From an uncultured Actinomycetota bacterium (lineage in GTDB: Bacteria; Actinomycetota; Humimicrobiia; Humimicrobiales; Humimicrobiaceae): DNA of 64,000 nucleotides. Location: contig CAZRVN010000003.1 in NCBI GenBank assembly GCA_964603595.1, positions 71,603-135,602 of the forward strand, in the 5' to 3' direction. Within the stretch, counting starts at the first letter, position 1, and every line of letters starts with the position of its first letter. The position numbers and the translations under genes were made by a program. A model generated the notes under the pieces. The model saw nothing but the letters and a program-made list of their open reading frames with translations. It was not told where the DNA came from and did not search any database. Shown here one piece after another: positions 30,086-39,678 of the stretch.

Positions 30086-31312
30086 ATGAAGGTTCTTTTA
30101 ATAAATAAATATTTATATCCGAAAGGCGGAGATGCCGTAAGCACTCTTGAAACAGGAAAACTACTTTATTCAAGGGATAATGAGGTTGTATTATGGGGGA
30201 TGGATAGCCCTGAAAATTTAGATTTACCCTATAAAAAATACTTTGTTTCTTATATTGATTACAACAAACCACTGGGTATTTTTAAGAAATTAAAGGTTTC
30301 CATGAAAATTTTGTATTCATTAGAGGCGAAGCGTAAAATAAGTGAGCTTTTAAAAAACTGGATGCCTGACATTGTACATCTAAACAATTTTGCCCACCAG
30401 ATTTCGCCATCAATACTGGATGTGTTTAAGAAATACAGGATACCTACCGTGATGACCATGCGTGATTATAAGATGGTCTGCCCTGCATATTCAATGCTAT
30501 TGAATGGAAAGCCATGCGAGAAGTGTAAAAATGGTAAATATTATTATTGCTTTAAAAATAAGTGCAACAAAAATTGCAGAGCTAAAAGCTTTATCAGCAT
30601 GCTTGAAATGTATCTTCATCATAAAGTCTTAAAAATATATGAAAGTATTGATTATTTTATTGCACCAAGTAAGTTTTTAATGAATAAAGTAAAGGAAATG
30701 GGGTTTAATAAGAGGGTTGTTTATCTACCAAACTTTGTTGACCTGGATGTATATAAACCCGATTATAATTCTAGCGAAGACTCTATTGTTTATTTTGGCA
30801 GGCTTTCTGAAGAAAAGGGGTTAGAAACTCTTATAGATGCTGTTAAGAATTTAAATACTAACCTTAAGATTATTGGGAGCGGCCCGTATAAAGATAGACT
30901 GAATAATAAGGTTATTATAGAGAAAATAAAAAATGTGTTTTTTTTAGGATATAAAAAGGGAGAAGAATTAAGGAAGATAGTAGGAGAATCGTTAATAGTG
31001 GTTGTTCCATCTGAATGTTATGAGAATTGCCCCCGCTCAATACTAGAATCTTTTGCACTTGGAAAACCAGTTATTGGCTCAAGGATAGGGGGTATCCCGG
31101 AGTTAGTAATTGATGGTGAAACCGGATATACATTTAAAGCCGGGGATAGTAAAGATCTGGGAGGAAAGATAGAATATATGCTTAGTAATACTGATGAAGT
31201 AAAAAAGCTTGGAAAAAATGCAAGAAAATTTGTTGAAGAAAAATTTAACCCTGAAAGGCATTATAGAAAATTAATTGATATTTATAATAATGTAATAAAA
31301 AACAATAGATAA
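30086..31312 (+). CDS. glycosyltransferase family 4 with a Cys-rich insertion in the N-domain
   Basis: GT4 with a C-terminal E-x7-E region (ENCPRSILESFALGKPVIGSRIGGIPELV). It has a six-cysteine segment, CPAYSMLLNGKPCEKCKNGKYYYCFKNKCNKNC (≈30479-30580). Confidence 0.8.
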   Translation: MKVLLINKYLYPKGGDAVSTLETGKLLYSRDNEVVLWGMDSPENLDLPYKKYFVSYIDYNKPLGIFKKLKVSMKILYSLEAKRKISELLKNWMPDIVHLNNFAHQISPSILDVFKKYRIPTVMTMRDYKMVCPAYSMLLNGKPCEKCKNGKYYYCFKNKCNKNCRAKSFISMLEMYLHHKVLKIYESIDYFIAPSKFLMNKVKEMGFNKRVVYLPNFVDLDVYKPDYNSSEDSIVYFGRLSEEKGLETLIDAVKNLNTNLKIIGSGPYKDRLNNKVIIEKIKNVFFLGYKKGEELRKIVGESLIVVVPSECYENCPRSILESFALGKPVIGSRIGGIPELVIDGETGYTFKAGDSKDLGGKIEYMLSNTDEVKKLGKNARKFVEEKFNPERHYRKLIDIYNNVIKNNR

Positions 31313-31346
31313 TATAGGAAAAATAGGTATAAAAGGCGGTTGATTT

Positions 31347-32324
31347 ATGGAAGCTTCAATAATAGTGACTTACAGGTGCAATTTTAAATGTTATATGTGC
31401 AAAATATGGAAATATCCTACAAGTGTTGAGGAAGAGTTTAAACCTGAGCTACTGGATAGGCTCCCGGAGCTTGATTTTTGCAATATAACAGGTGGTGAGC
31501 CCTTTTTAAGGGATGATATAAGCGAAATTGTAGGGATTCTTAAGCAGAAGTCCAGGAGAATAGTTATCAGCACAAATGGTTATTTTACCGAACGTATTAT
31601 AGAGGTTGTAAAAAATAATAAAGATATTGGAATAAGAATAAGCATAGAGGGCTTGCCCAAAATCAATGATAGGTTGAGAGGGGTGAGGGATAGCTTTGAC
31701 CATGGACTGCGTACATTATTAAACCTTAAAAAAATGGGACTGAAAGATATAGGATTCGGGATAACAGTATCTGACAGGAATGCTGAAGACATGCTTGAAT
31801 TATATGACCTGGCAAGGTTTTTAGGTGTGGAGTTTGCTACTGCAGCAGTGCATAATGGATACTATTTTCATTCTTATAATAATAAAATCAGGGACAGGCA
31901 AAAAGTAATTGATAGTTTTAAAAAATTAATTTTTGAGTTATTAAAATCAAAAAGGCCGAAGGACTGGTTTAGAGCTTATTTTAACTATGGTCTTATAAAT
32001 TATATAAGAGGTAAAAAAAGATTGCTTCCATGTGAAGCGGGAACGGAAAATTTCTTTATGGACCCCTGGGGAGAAATAAGGCCGTGCAATGCAATGGAGG
32101 ATAAATTCTGGTTTGAAAGCATGGGAAATTTAAAAGAAAAAAAATTTAATGAAATCTGGAACAGCAAAAAAGCAGAGGAAATAAGAGAAGAGGTTAAAAA
32201 CTGCCCAAAAAACTGCTGGATGATTGGAACAGCAGCACCGGTAATGAAAAAATATATTAAGATACCTTTAAAATGGGTTATAGACGCTAAATTTTTAAAA
32301 AAGATTAAGGTGGAGGACCTATAA
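31347..32324 (+). CDS. radical SAM enzyme with C-terminal Cys-rich auxiliary (SPASM/twitch-like) domain
   Basis: N-terminal CNFKCYMC is the CxxxCxxC motif. C-terminal Cys residues at 229, 247, 286 and 290 (…LLPCEAG…RPCNAM…NCPKNCWMIG). 325 aa. Confidence 0.8.
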   Translation: MEASIIVTYRCNFKCYMCKIWKYPTSVEEEFKPELLDRLPELDFCNITGGEPFLRDDISEIVGILKQKSRRIVISTNGYFTERIIEVVKNNKDIGIRISIEGLPKINDRLRGVRDSFDHGLRTLLNLKKMGLKDIGFGITVSDRNAEDMLELYDLARFLGVEFATAAVHNGYYFHSYNNKIRDRQKVIDSFKKLIFELLKSKRPKDWFRAYFNYGLINYIRGKKRLLPCEAGTENFFMDPWGEIRPCNAMEDKFWFESMGNLKEKKFNEIWNSKKAEEIREEVKNCPKNCWMIGTAAPVMKKYIKIPLKWVIDAKFLKKIKVEDL

Positions 32325-32326
32325 GA

Positions 32327-33469
32327 ATGAAAATTGGTTTCGTCGGGCAGAAAGGGATTCCAGCAGTTTGGGGAGGTGTTGAAACGCATGTAGAAGAGCT
32401 ATCGGCCAGACTGGCAAAGAGGGGGCATAAGACAACAGTTTATGTTAGAAATTGGTATACCCCATTGGATAAGACCAGGTATAGAGGTGTTGAGCTAAAA
32501 CACATGCCCAGCATCCATACAAAATATTTTGATGCTATAACCCATAGTTTTAGTTCCAGTATTAATTCCTTATTTAAGTCATTTGACATAATTCATTATC
32601 AGGCAATGGGACCGGCCCTGCTTTCGTGGATTCCAAAAGTTTTTCGTAAAAAGGTTGTTGTTACAATTCACAGGTTTGATTATGATTCAGCAAAATGGGG
32701 ATATTTTTCAGGGAAGATTCTTAAACTCTCAGAGAGATTTGCACTTTCGGTGCCCGATAAAACTATTGTAGTGGCCAGATATCAAGAAGAAATATATAAG
32801 AATAGAGGTTATAATCCTGTATATGTTCCTAATGGCGTTAATATTCCTGATTTTAGGAAGGCAAAAATTATCAAAGGAGAGTATGGGCTGCAAGGGAAAG
32901 ATTATATTTTATATATAGGGAGATTAGTTCCTGAAAAGAGATGTGATTGGCTAATAAATGCTTTTAAAAAATTAGATTCTAATGGCGAAAATAGTTTAAG
33001 ACTTGTTATTGCAGGAGGGTCAAGTTCCACAGACGAATATGTTAATAATTTAAAGAATATGAGTAAGGATAATAATAAAATCATTTTTACAGGATATGTT
33101 ACTGGAAGAAAAAAAGAGGAGCTTTACAGCAATGCACTTTTATTTGTTCTGCCTTCTTATTTAGAAGGATTACCCATTTCAGTTCTTGAGGCATCAAGTT
33201 ATGGCCTGCCTTGCCTGGTTAGTGATATTATTCCGCATAAAGAAGTTATTACTGATGGAGTTAATGGTTTTTTCTTCGGGAGCAGCGGTTATGGCGATCT
33301 TGAGGATAAACTAAAGAAAACATTGCTTTTACCACAGAATAAATTAGAGAGAGTGGGAAAGGCGGCAAAAGAGAATGTCAGGAGAAATTATGATTGGGAC
33401 CACGTGGCTGATAGCACCGAGAATATATATTTTAAGGTTTTAAAAGGAGTAAAAAGAAATTCAAAGTAA
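32327..33469 (+). CDS. glycosyltransferase family 4
   Basis: GT4 pattern. …EGLPISVLEASSYGLPCLVSDI… is the E-x7-E motif. Starts 2 nt after the radical-SAM stop. Confidence 0.8.
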   Translation: MKIGFVGQKGIPAVWGGVETHVEELSARLAKRGHKTTVYVRNWYTPLDKTRYRGVELKHMPSIHTKYFDAITHSFSSSINSLFKSFDIIHYQAMGPALLSWIPKVFRKKVVVTIHRFDYDSAKWGYFSGKILKLSERFALSVPDKTIVVARYQEEIYKNRGYNPVYVPNGVNIPDFRKAKIIKGEYGLQGKDYILYIGRLVPEKRCDWLINAFKKLDSNGENSLRLVIAGGSSSTDEYVNNLKNMSKDNNKIIFTGYVTGRKKEELYSNALLFVLPSYLEGLPISVLEASSYGLPCLVSDIIPHKEVITDGVNGFFFGSSGYGDLEDKLKKTLLLPQNKLERVGKAAKENVRRNYDWDHVADSTENIYFKVLKGVKRNSK

Positions 33470-33566
33470 TACTGGTATGAAGATATTATAATATTTACTA
33501 AAATTAGATATGTTAATAAAGGAGCAGGCTGCATTTTAATTATTTATGACGGCTGACATGTAAATT

Positions 33567-35030
33567 ATGGTTTTGGAATTTATAAAAAACCTCCCCAGGA
33601 GGAAGCAAAAACTAATATACGGAATAATCCTGTTTTTAAGTGATACGATATTTCTGGCTATAAGCTTTTCTCTGTCATATTCTCTCAGGTTCTATACCAC
33701 GCTCTTTAGCTTTATGGAATCAGGGCCAATTTATACCATTGATATTCATTATGTTTTCTATTCAGTAATTTTCACTCTCCTGACTTTGTTATTACTGGAT
33801 ATTTATCAGTTATATAACCGGGATCAGATATATGAGGGTTCAGGCTATTATAACAGGATATTTAAAGCAGTAAGTATAAATATAGTAATTATAATAATTG
33901 CAGGTTATCTGTACGAGACTTTTTCTTTTTCAAGAATATGGGTAGCTCTTTTATATTTCTTCAGTGTCCTCTTTCTTTTTACTGGAAGGTTTCTAATTTC
34001 GGTTATAACTAACTATTTTATTAAGAAATTAAAATTATCATCAAGGACTTTAATAGTTGGTATAGGGGAGAATGCAAGAAGGATAAAAAATGCCCTTGAA
34101 AATTACAGGATGGAAAGTTTTGAGGTAGTGGGTTATGTGGAGAAAGAGGAAAAAATTAAGAGCAGTAAAAAGTATAGCGATGAATTTAATGTTTTAGGGT
34201 ATTTGAAGAATCTTAAAGAAATAGTGAAAAAAAACGATGTCCAGAAGGTTATTATTTCAGGAAAGGAATATAAATATTATGAGATACTGAACATGCTTGA
34301 AAAAATAAAAGGTATGGATGTTTTAATACTTATGTTCCCGGGATTTTTTGAATTTTCAATAAAGAGAATGAAAATGAGGGAAGTAGGTAGAATTCCTTTA
34401 GTCCAGATATCAAATGTGGGATTTTTCGGGATTGATTTATTTTATAAAATTTTAATTGATTATGTCCTGGGGGGAGTGCTATTTTTAATATTTGTTCCTA
34501 TATATTTGATAGTAGGGTTTCTAATAAAAGTGGATTCCAGGGGACCGGTTTTGTACAAACAAAAAAGATACACGAAGGGCATGAAACCATTTTACATGTA
34601 TAAATTCAGGACCATGTATACCGGTGCAGACAAAAGGCTTGCCGGCTTGAAGGATAAGAGTGGGGTAAATGGTCCGATATTTAAAATGAGAAATGACCCG
34701 AGAATAACAAGAGTAGGAAAATATTTCAGGAGGTTTTCTATAGATGAGCTTCCGCAGATAATAAATGTTTTAAAAGGGGAAATGAGTCTGGTTGGCCCGA
34801 GGCCCCCCATACCCGGTGAGGTAAAAAGATATGAGGAGTGGCATAAGAAAAGATTAAATGTAAAGCAGGGTATAACAGGGCTCTGGCAGGTTAGCGGGAG
34901 AAGCGAGCTAAGTTTTGACGAGATGGTGAGACTTGACCTTTATTATATACAGAACTGGTCTATTGGAATGGATATAGAAATAATAATAAAGACTATGCCG
35001 ACTGTATTATTCGGGAGAGGCGCATATTAA
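33567..35030 (+). CDS. full-length polyprenyl-phosphate hexose-1-phosphate transferase (WbaP/WcaJ/TuaA-like priming PGT)
   Basis: 487 aa. Four or five N-terminal TMs, a CoA-binding-like middle domain, and the C-terminal sugar-transferase core (…KFRTM…DELPQIINVLKGEMSLVGPRP…). Confidence 0.85.
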   Translation: MVLEFIKNLPRRKQKLIYGIILFLSDTIFLAISFSLSYSLRFYTTLFSFMESGPIYTIDIHYVFYSVIFTLLTLLLLDIYQLYNRDQIYEGSGYYNRIFKAVSINIVIIIIAGYLYETFSFSRIWVALLYFFSVLFLFTGRFLISVITNYFIKKLKLSSRTLIVGIGENARRIKNALENYRMESFEVVGYVEKEEKIKSSKKYSDEFNVLGYLKNLKEIVKKNDVQKVIISGKEYKYYEILNMLEKIKGMDVLILMFPGFFEFSIKRMKMREVGRIPLVQISNVGFFGIDLFYKILIDYVLGGVLFLIFVPIYLIVGFLIKVDSRGPVLYKQKRYTKGMKPFYMYKFRTMYTGADKRLAGLKDKSGVNGPIFKMRNDPRITRVGKYFRRFSIDELPQIINVLKGEMSLVGPRPPIPGEVKRYEEWHKKRLNVKQGITGLWQVSGRSELSFDEMVRLDLYYIQNWSIGMDIEIIIKTMPTVLFGRGAY

Positions 35031-35077
35031 GTATTTGCTTTTATTTATTGAAGAAAATTATTTATCTTTTTTATTTT

Positions 35078-35833
35078 TTACTTTATTCCGCAGTGGTTCT
35101 TAAATAAAATATTTGCCTTAAGCAGTTCTTCATAATCATTTATGTTGATATTGTAACCGTTAAGAAAATAACCGTAAGCTTTTCCTTTGCTGGCTACATT
35201 ATTTATAACGGATGTTATGTCTTTTTCTTTCCTTACGGAATACGGTGGTGTGTTACGTATAAAATTAAATATTTCAGTTTTGAATAAATAAATCCCGCAT
35301 CCCCTTATCATATAAGGAGGGCTGTCAGGTTTCTCTATTATTTCCAGTATCCTGCCATCTTTATCTATATTTGCCGAGCATGTCTGCCTTAAAATATCTA
35401 TGTCTTTTTCTTTTACTACTACCTCGGTAGCGATTGATCCGGTGCTGGAGAATAAATCAATCATTGGCTCCAGTGAGTCGGCAATAATACACTCATCGCT
35501 TAAAATAACCATAAACGGCTGTTTTTTTGTATATTTTTCGGTCAGGAGGATTGCATTGGCAAGGCCATCCAGTTTTTTTTGTTCTATAAAATGGATTTTT
35601 GCCTTAAGGCCTGTTTTTATATTTTTGTAATACTCTTTTATTTTTTCTTTATGGTAATTGACAATAATATATATGTCCTCTATTCCCAGTGATTCCATAA
35701 GGTCAATTATATGGTGTAATATGGGACGGTCATAAATAGGAAATAATGTTTTTGGGAGAAGGTTCGAAAGGTAACCAAGCCTTGAGCCGGCCCCGGCAGC
35801 CGGGACAACTCCTATTTTAATTCTTTTTTGCAT
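35078..35833 (-). CDS. sugar-1-phosphate nucleotidyltransferase (RmlA/GlmU-N-terminal-like)
   Basis: The N-terminus (GVVPAAGAGSRL) is the nucleotidyltransferase signature. At 251 aa it is shorter than classical RmlA. Only minus-strand gene inside the main locus. Confidence 0.7.
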   Translation of the reverse strand: MQKRIKIGVVPAAGAGSRLGYLSNLLPKTLFPIYDRPILHHIIDLMESLGIEDIYIIVNYHKEKIKEYYKNIKTGLKAKIHFIEQKKLDGLANAILLTEKYTKKQPFMVILSDECIIADSLEPMIDLFSSTGSIATEVVVKEKDIDILRQTCSANIDKDGRILEIIEKPDSPPYMIRGCGIYLFKTEIFNFIRNTPPYSVRKEKDITSVINNVASKGKAYGYFLNGYNININDYEELLKANILFKNHCGIK

Positions 35834-36010
35834 TTATTATTAAATATACAGTTAAATTGTAAGATTTTAAAAAATTTTGTCTTAAATTTTATTTCCAGAA
35901 TGCTTTTTTATCATAGTTAAAATTTGTGAATTACTAAAATTGTTTAAAATGTCTTTATATTAATATATAATTTCAATAAATTTCGTATTATTAAGAGAGT
36001 AATTTGAGGT

Positions 36011-37699
36011 ATGAATTTTACCAGAAACATGTCTGAAAGTAAAAGATTTAAAGGTTTTTTAAAGAATAATTTATTTTTTGTAGTCGCACTGGCGATATGT
36101 ATCTTCCTTGTTTTTTATAATCTGGGGGAGATAGAATTCTGGGGAGAAGACGAGGCGCAGACGCTGCTTTATGCTTCCAGGTTTATTATAGGTATAAAAA
36201 ATCATTCCCTGTCAAATGCCACTTCCATATACTCAAATAACACTTTATCTTTTGTAATGTTAATCCAGGTACCATTTATATTACTGTTCGGCGTATGCGA
36301 GCTGGCTTCAAGGATGCCTGCAGCAATAGTTACTATCCTTACTCTTTTTATAATTTATAAGATAGGGCTATTGTTTCTGGACAGGAAGTCTGCCAATTTT
36401 CTGGCATTGCTTTATGCGGTATCGGGCGCAGTGGGCTTATTTAAAAGTTCAATAGGTGTCGGTTTTTATCTATTTTTTATTCTTCTCGGATTTTATAACA
36501 TTGAAAAATTCCTGTACGCCCCGGATGAAGGAGAGAGGGGCAGGTTTTTAAACCTGCAGGCAGGTTTAATTTTTATTGTTTTTGCCCTTATTTCAGTTCT
36601 TGACGGGTACTTTTTTATTCCATTTTTTATAATTATTTTGCTTATTAATATAAGGAAGATAGGAGTCAGGAGGTTTTTACTGAGTCTTATAGCGCCGGTA
36701 GTAATTTTTTTATCTTTTATTTACTTTGAGTTTTTTCTTGCAAGAAAATTAACCGGGATGAATAATGCCACATACAAGCATTTTCTTGGAAGGCGGGGTA
36801 GCCTGGAATTAACTTTTAATTTTACGGAGTTCATCCAGGGGCTTATAACAAGTTATTCTATTTATTTTGTAATTTTATTTCTGGTTTCACTGGTAATTTT
36901 AATTGTTTTGCTGGCTGCTAGAAAAATAAGAATTCCGGGTCCACTGGGGCGCATCGCACTTCTTTTTTCTTTTCATTTTTTTGTGTGGATATTTCTTATG
37001 GAAAAAGAGAATGGGCATTCGTTGAATAGTTATCCGGTAATGCTGCTTGTAGTTGCCTTTGCTTTTATGGTTGTGAATGGGCTAATTGAGGAAAATAAGT
37101 TTTTAAGGAGAGGCACCAGGGTGACAGTTAAAACATTTCTTACTGTTTTACTGGCTGCAGCTATATGTTTTAATCTTTATCATACTTTTATAGTCTTTAA
37201 TAATTTATCTATTGAAAAGGAAAAGTACCCCGGTATCTATATGCCGGGGAATATACCGGCTGGATACGTATGGGGGCATAAGGTAGGTATAAAAAGTGCT
37301 GCGTACCTTTTGAGGAAAGACAACTTTTTTACTGGTGGAATGGTTTCCCACTATGGCTCTGCCTTTAATTTCATTTATATGGGCGGAGAGATAATAGTAT
37401 ATAATTCAAGCAATGCTATTGAATATAGGATGGAAGGAGAAGATATTACTGAAAAATATAAAATAAGGTACATAGCAATTTCCCCAGGTTTTTTTAACAA
37501 GGAGTATCTGGATTATATAGATTCGCAGGGCTTTAAAAAGATAGTTATTACTCATAGGGGTAAGGAAATTTATTACGTATATGATGTCCTGACAGCAAGC
37601 GACGAGGTTGTAGTAATTGGAAGAGACCAGTATGATAGAGAGTATAATAAAGAGTATGCAAATATTAATGTTGCGCTGCCTTATTTTAATAGTTTTTAA
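36011..37699 (+). CDS. GT-C fold polytopic glycosyltransferase (ArnT/PMT_2-like, GT39/GT83-type)
   Basis: 562 aa, more than 10 TMs. First extracytoplasmic loop has WGEDEAQT (the DE motif of polyprenyl-P-sugar-dependent GT-C enzymes), followed by the ArnT-like segment ELASRMPAAIV. Confidence 0.55.
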   Translation: MNFTRNMSESKRFKGFLKNNLFFVVALAICIFLVFYNLGEIEFWGEDEAQTLLYASRFIIGIKNHSLSNATSIYSNNTLSFVMLIQVPFILLFGVCELASRMPAAIVTILTLFIIYKIGLLFLDRKSANFLALLYAVSGAVGLFKSSIGVGFYLFFILLGFYNIEKFLYAPDEGERGRFLNLQAGLIFIVFALISVLDGYFFIPFFIIILLINIRKIGVRRFLLSLIAPVVIFLSFIYFEFFLARKLTGMNNATYKHFLGRRGSLELTFNFTEFIQGLITSYSIYFVILFLVSLVILIVLLAARKIRIPGPLGRIALLFSFHFFVWIFLMEKENGHSLNSYPVMLLVVAFAFMVVNGLIEENKFLRRGTRVTVKTFLTVLLAAAICFNLYHTFIVFNNLSIEKEKYPGIYMPGNIPAGYVWGHKVGIKSAAYLLRKDNFFTGGMVSHYGSAFNFIYMGGEIIVYNSSNAIEYRMEGEDITEKYKIRYIAISPGFFNKEYLDYIDSQGFKKIVITHRGKEIYYVYDVLTASDEVVVIGRDQYDREYNKEYANINVALPYFNSF

Positions 37700-37774
37700 A
37701 TTTAAAAATAGGGTTTTTAATCATTGAAATTTGATGACAACAGGAATAATAAATAGTTACAAAAGGGTAAAATA

Positions 37775-38635
37775 ATGAATAAAAATAACAAGGGAAATAG
37801 CTCAAAAAATTCAATAAAAATAAGGGACCTGATATTAATATTTGTAAAGAGAAAATGGTTTTTTATAATTTTTTTTATGGCAGTTCTTGTAGCAGGATTA
37901 CTTTTTACTTTTATTAAGACTCCACAGTATGAAACATACTCTGTTCTGAAATTAAAAGGTGTGTATTATGATGAAAATCTTTATAAGTATTTCCCCGGGG
38001 AAGCCAGTGAGCTGGGGTTTTTTGCCCCGGAGATGGATGTAAAAGAATTAGAAGGCTCGGTGCTCAAGGGCATCGCTGAAGGTATCCGGGATGACGGCTT
38101 ATTGGAAGAGGTATCGGGCAGGCTGGATTTTGAGATAAGTAAAGAGGAACTCGGACAGATAGTAAGCATACTTACGGATAGCGGTAATAAAGTGGTAAGA
38201 GTTACAACAACTTATGATAACGCAGATGAGGTATATCAGATAAATAATACTTTAATCAGTGTATATCTGGAAAGCAATAGAAATAAGAAATCAGAGATAG
38301 CGGATGATGTTATCCTTGAGATTAATAATAAGGTAGCCGCGTTGCAGGGCAAGTGCGAGGAAAGCAATGCCGGGAATGAGCTTTCAGGTGATACTGATGC
38401 CGGGCCGGATTCGGCTGAAAGCATAATTGATGACCTGAATAAAATAAAATATAACCTGGAAAGCAATAGGGAAACTTACATTAATAATGTGGGGATGCAG
38501 GAAGAACCTTTTATCCCCTCAGAAGCTATGAATATGGACATTTTAAAAAGTCTCTTAGTTGCTGTTTTTGCAGCAGTAGCAGCCGGTCTTATAGCGGTAT
38601 ATTTGCCCGGTGTTTTTAATTCATTCAGGGAATAA
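37775..38635 (+). CDS. Wzz-like polysaccharide chain-length determinant (PCP family)
   Basis: N-terminal TM followed by the PQYETYSV motif, a coiled extracytoplasmic domain and a C-terminal TM. Confidence 0.6.
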   Translation: MNKNNKGNSSKNSIKIRDLILIFVKRKWFFIIFFMAVLVAGLLFTFIKTPQYETYSVLKLKGVYYDENLYKYFPGEASELGFFAPEMDVKELEGSVLKGIAEGIRDDGLLEEVSGRLDFEISKEELGQIVSILTDSGNKVVRVTTTYDNADEVYQINNTLISVYLESNRNKKSEIADDVILEINNKVAALQGKCEESNAGNELSGDTDAGPDSAESIIDDLNKIKYNLESNRETYINNVGMQEEPFIPSEAMNMDILKSLLVAVFAAVAAGLIAVYLPGVFNSFRE

Positions 38636-38680
38636 TTAAATATTTAAGGTGTTATTTTTAAAGCAGACGCTTTTTTATTT

Positions 38681-39658
38681 ATGGATGAAATTTCAACAAA
38701 AGTTAGTATAGTGATGAGTGCATATGGTTACCGTGAATATATAGATAGCTCAATTAAAAGCATACTGGACCAGACACTGTGTGACTTTGAATTTATAATT
38801 ATTGATGACGGCTGTGATTATGACCTGTTTAAAATAGTCAGGCAGTTTAACGATAAGAGGATTATTTATATCAGGAACCCCCGGAATATTGGGCTGACAG
38901 TTTCACTGGTAAAAGCTATGGAAAAATCAAAAGGGAAATATATAGCCAGGCATGATGCTGGAAATATATCCCTTAAAAACAGACTTGAAAAACAGTATAA
39001 ATTTCTGGAAGAGAATAGCCGGTATTATCTTGTAGGATCTTCAGTGGAGCTTATCGATGAAGACGGCGATACCATTTGCAATTTGATTGCAAATGATGAC
39101 CCGGATTATATAAAGAAGAAATTGCCTGCATACAATTGTATTAATCATTCCACAATCATGTTTAGAAATACAGGTGAGGCAGGTTACCGTAAAAAATTTA
39201 AATACTCGCAGGATTATGATTTTTACCTTAATTTATTATCAAGGAATCTTATGCTGGTAAATATTGGAGAGGTACTGTTAAAAGAGAGAATAATAAAGTC
39301 GTCAATAACTTACTCAAGAAGAGAAGAGCAGGAATTTTATAAAAAACTGGCACAGAGATTTTATAATGAAAGAATAAAATCAGGCAGTGACAGTTATTCT
39401 TTGTTTGATGAAAAAAATTTACCCGGCAGAATAAAGGCAGGTGGAGTAATAAAAAGCGGAGACGGTAAAAGCTATTTTTATGAAAGGCAGAAAATATACT
39501 ATTTATTGTTTTCAGGAAGAACCGGGAGGGCAAGAAAAAAAATACTTGGTTTGTTAAAAAAGAGATTTAACCTGAAGCTATTTGTATATCTTATAACCAG
39601 TTTTTTCCCTTTTGCAATTAAAATAAGGAATAAAATTAAAGGTCTTGAATACAAGTAA
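38681..39658 (+). CDS. glycosyltransferase family 2
   Basis: VSIVMSAYGY…DQT…FEFIIIDDGCD is the GT2 DxD-type N-terminal domain. Confidence 0.8.
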   Translation: MDEISTKVSIVMSAYGYREYIDSSIKSILDQTLCDFEFIIIDDGCDYDLFKIVRQFNDKRIIYIRNPRNIGLTVSLVKAMEKSKGKYIARHDAGNISLKNRLEKQYKFLEENSRYYLVGSSVELIDEDGDTICNLIANDDPDYIKKKLPAYNCINHSTIMFRNTGEAGYRKKFKYSQDYDFYLNLLSRNLMLVNIGEVLLKERIIKSSITYSRREEQEFYKKLAQRFYNERIKSGSDSYSLFDEKNLPGRIKAGGVIKSGDGKSYFYERQKIYYLLFSGRTGRARKKILGLLKKRFNLKLFVYLITSFFPFAIKIRNKIKGLEYK

Positions 39659-39678
39659 GAAATAAAAAAGATAAAAAA

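Noticed and set aside
31347-32324. Radical SAM as a RiPP/peptide maturase (SPASM enzymes often are)
   Set aside because: There is no small precursor-like ORF, leader-peptide gene, protease or transporter pair nearby. The gene is flanked on both sides by glycosyltransferases in a tightly packed operon.
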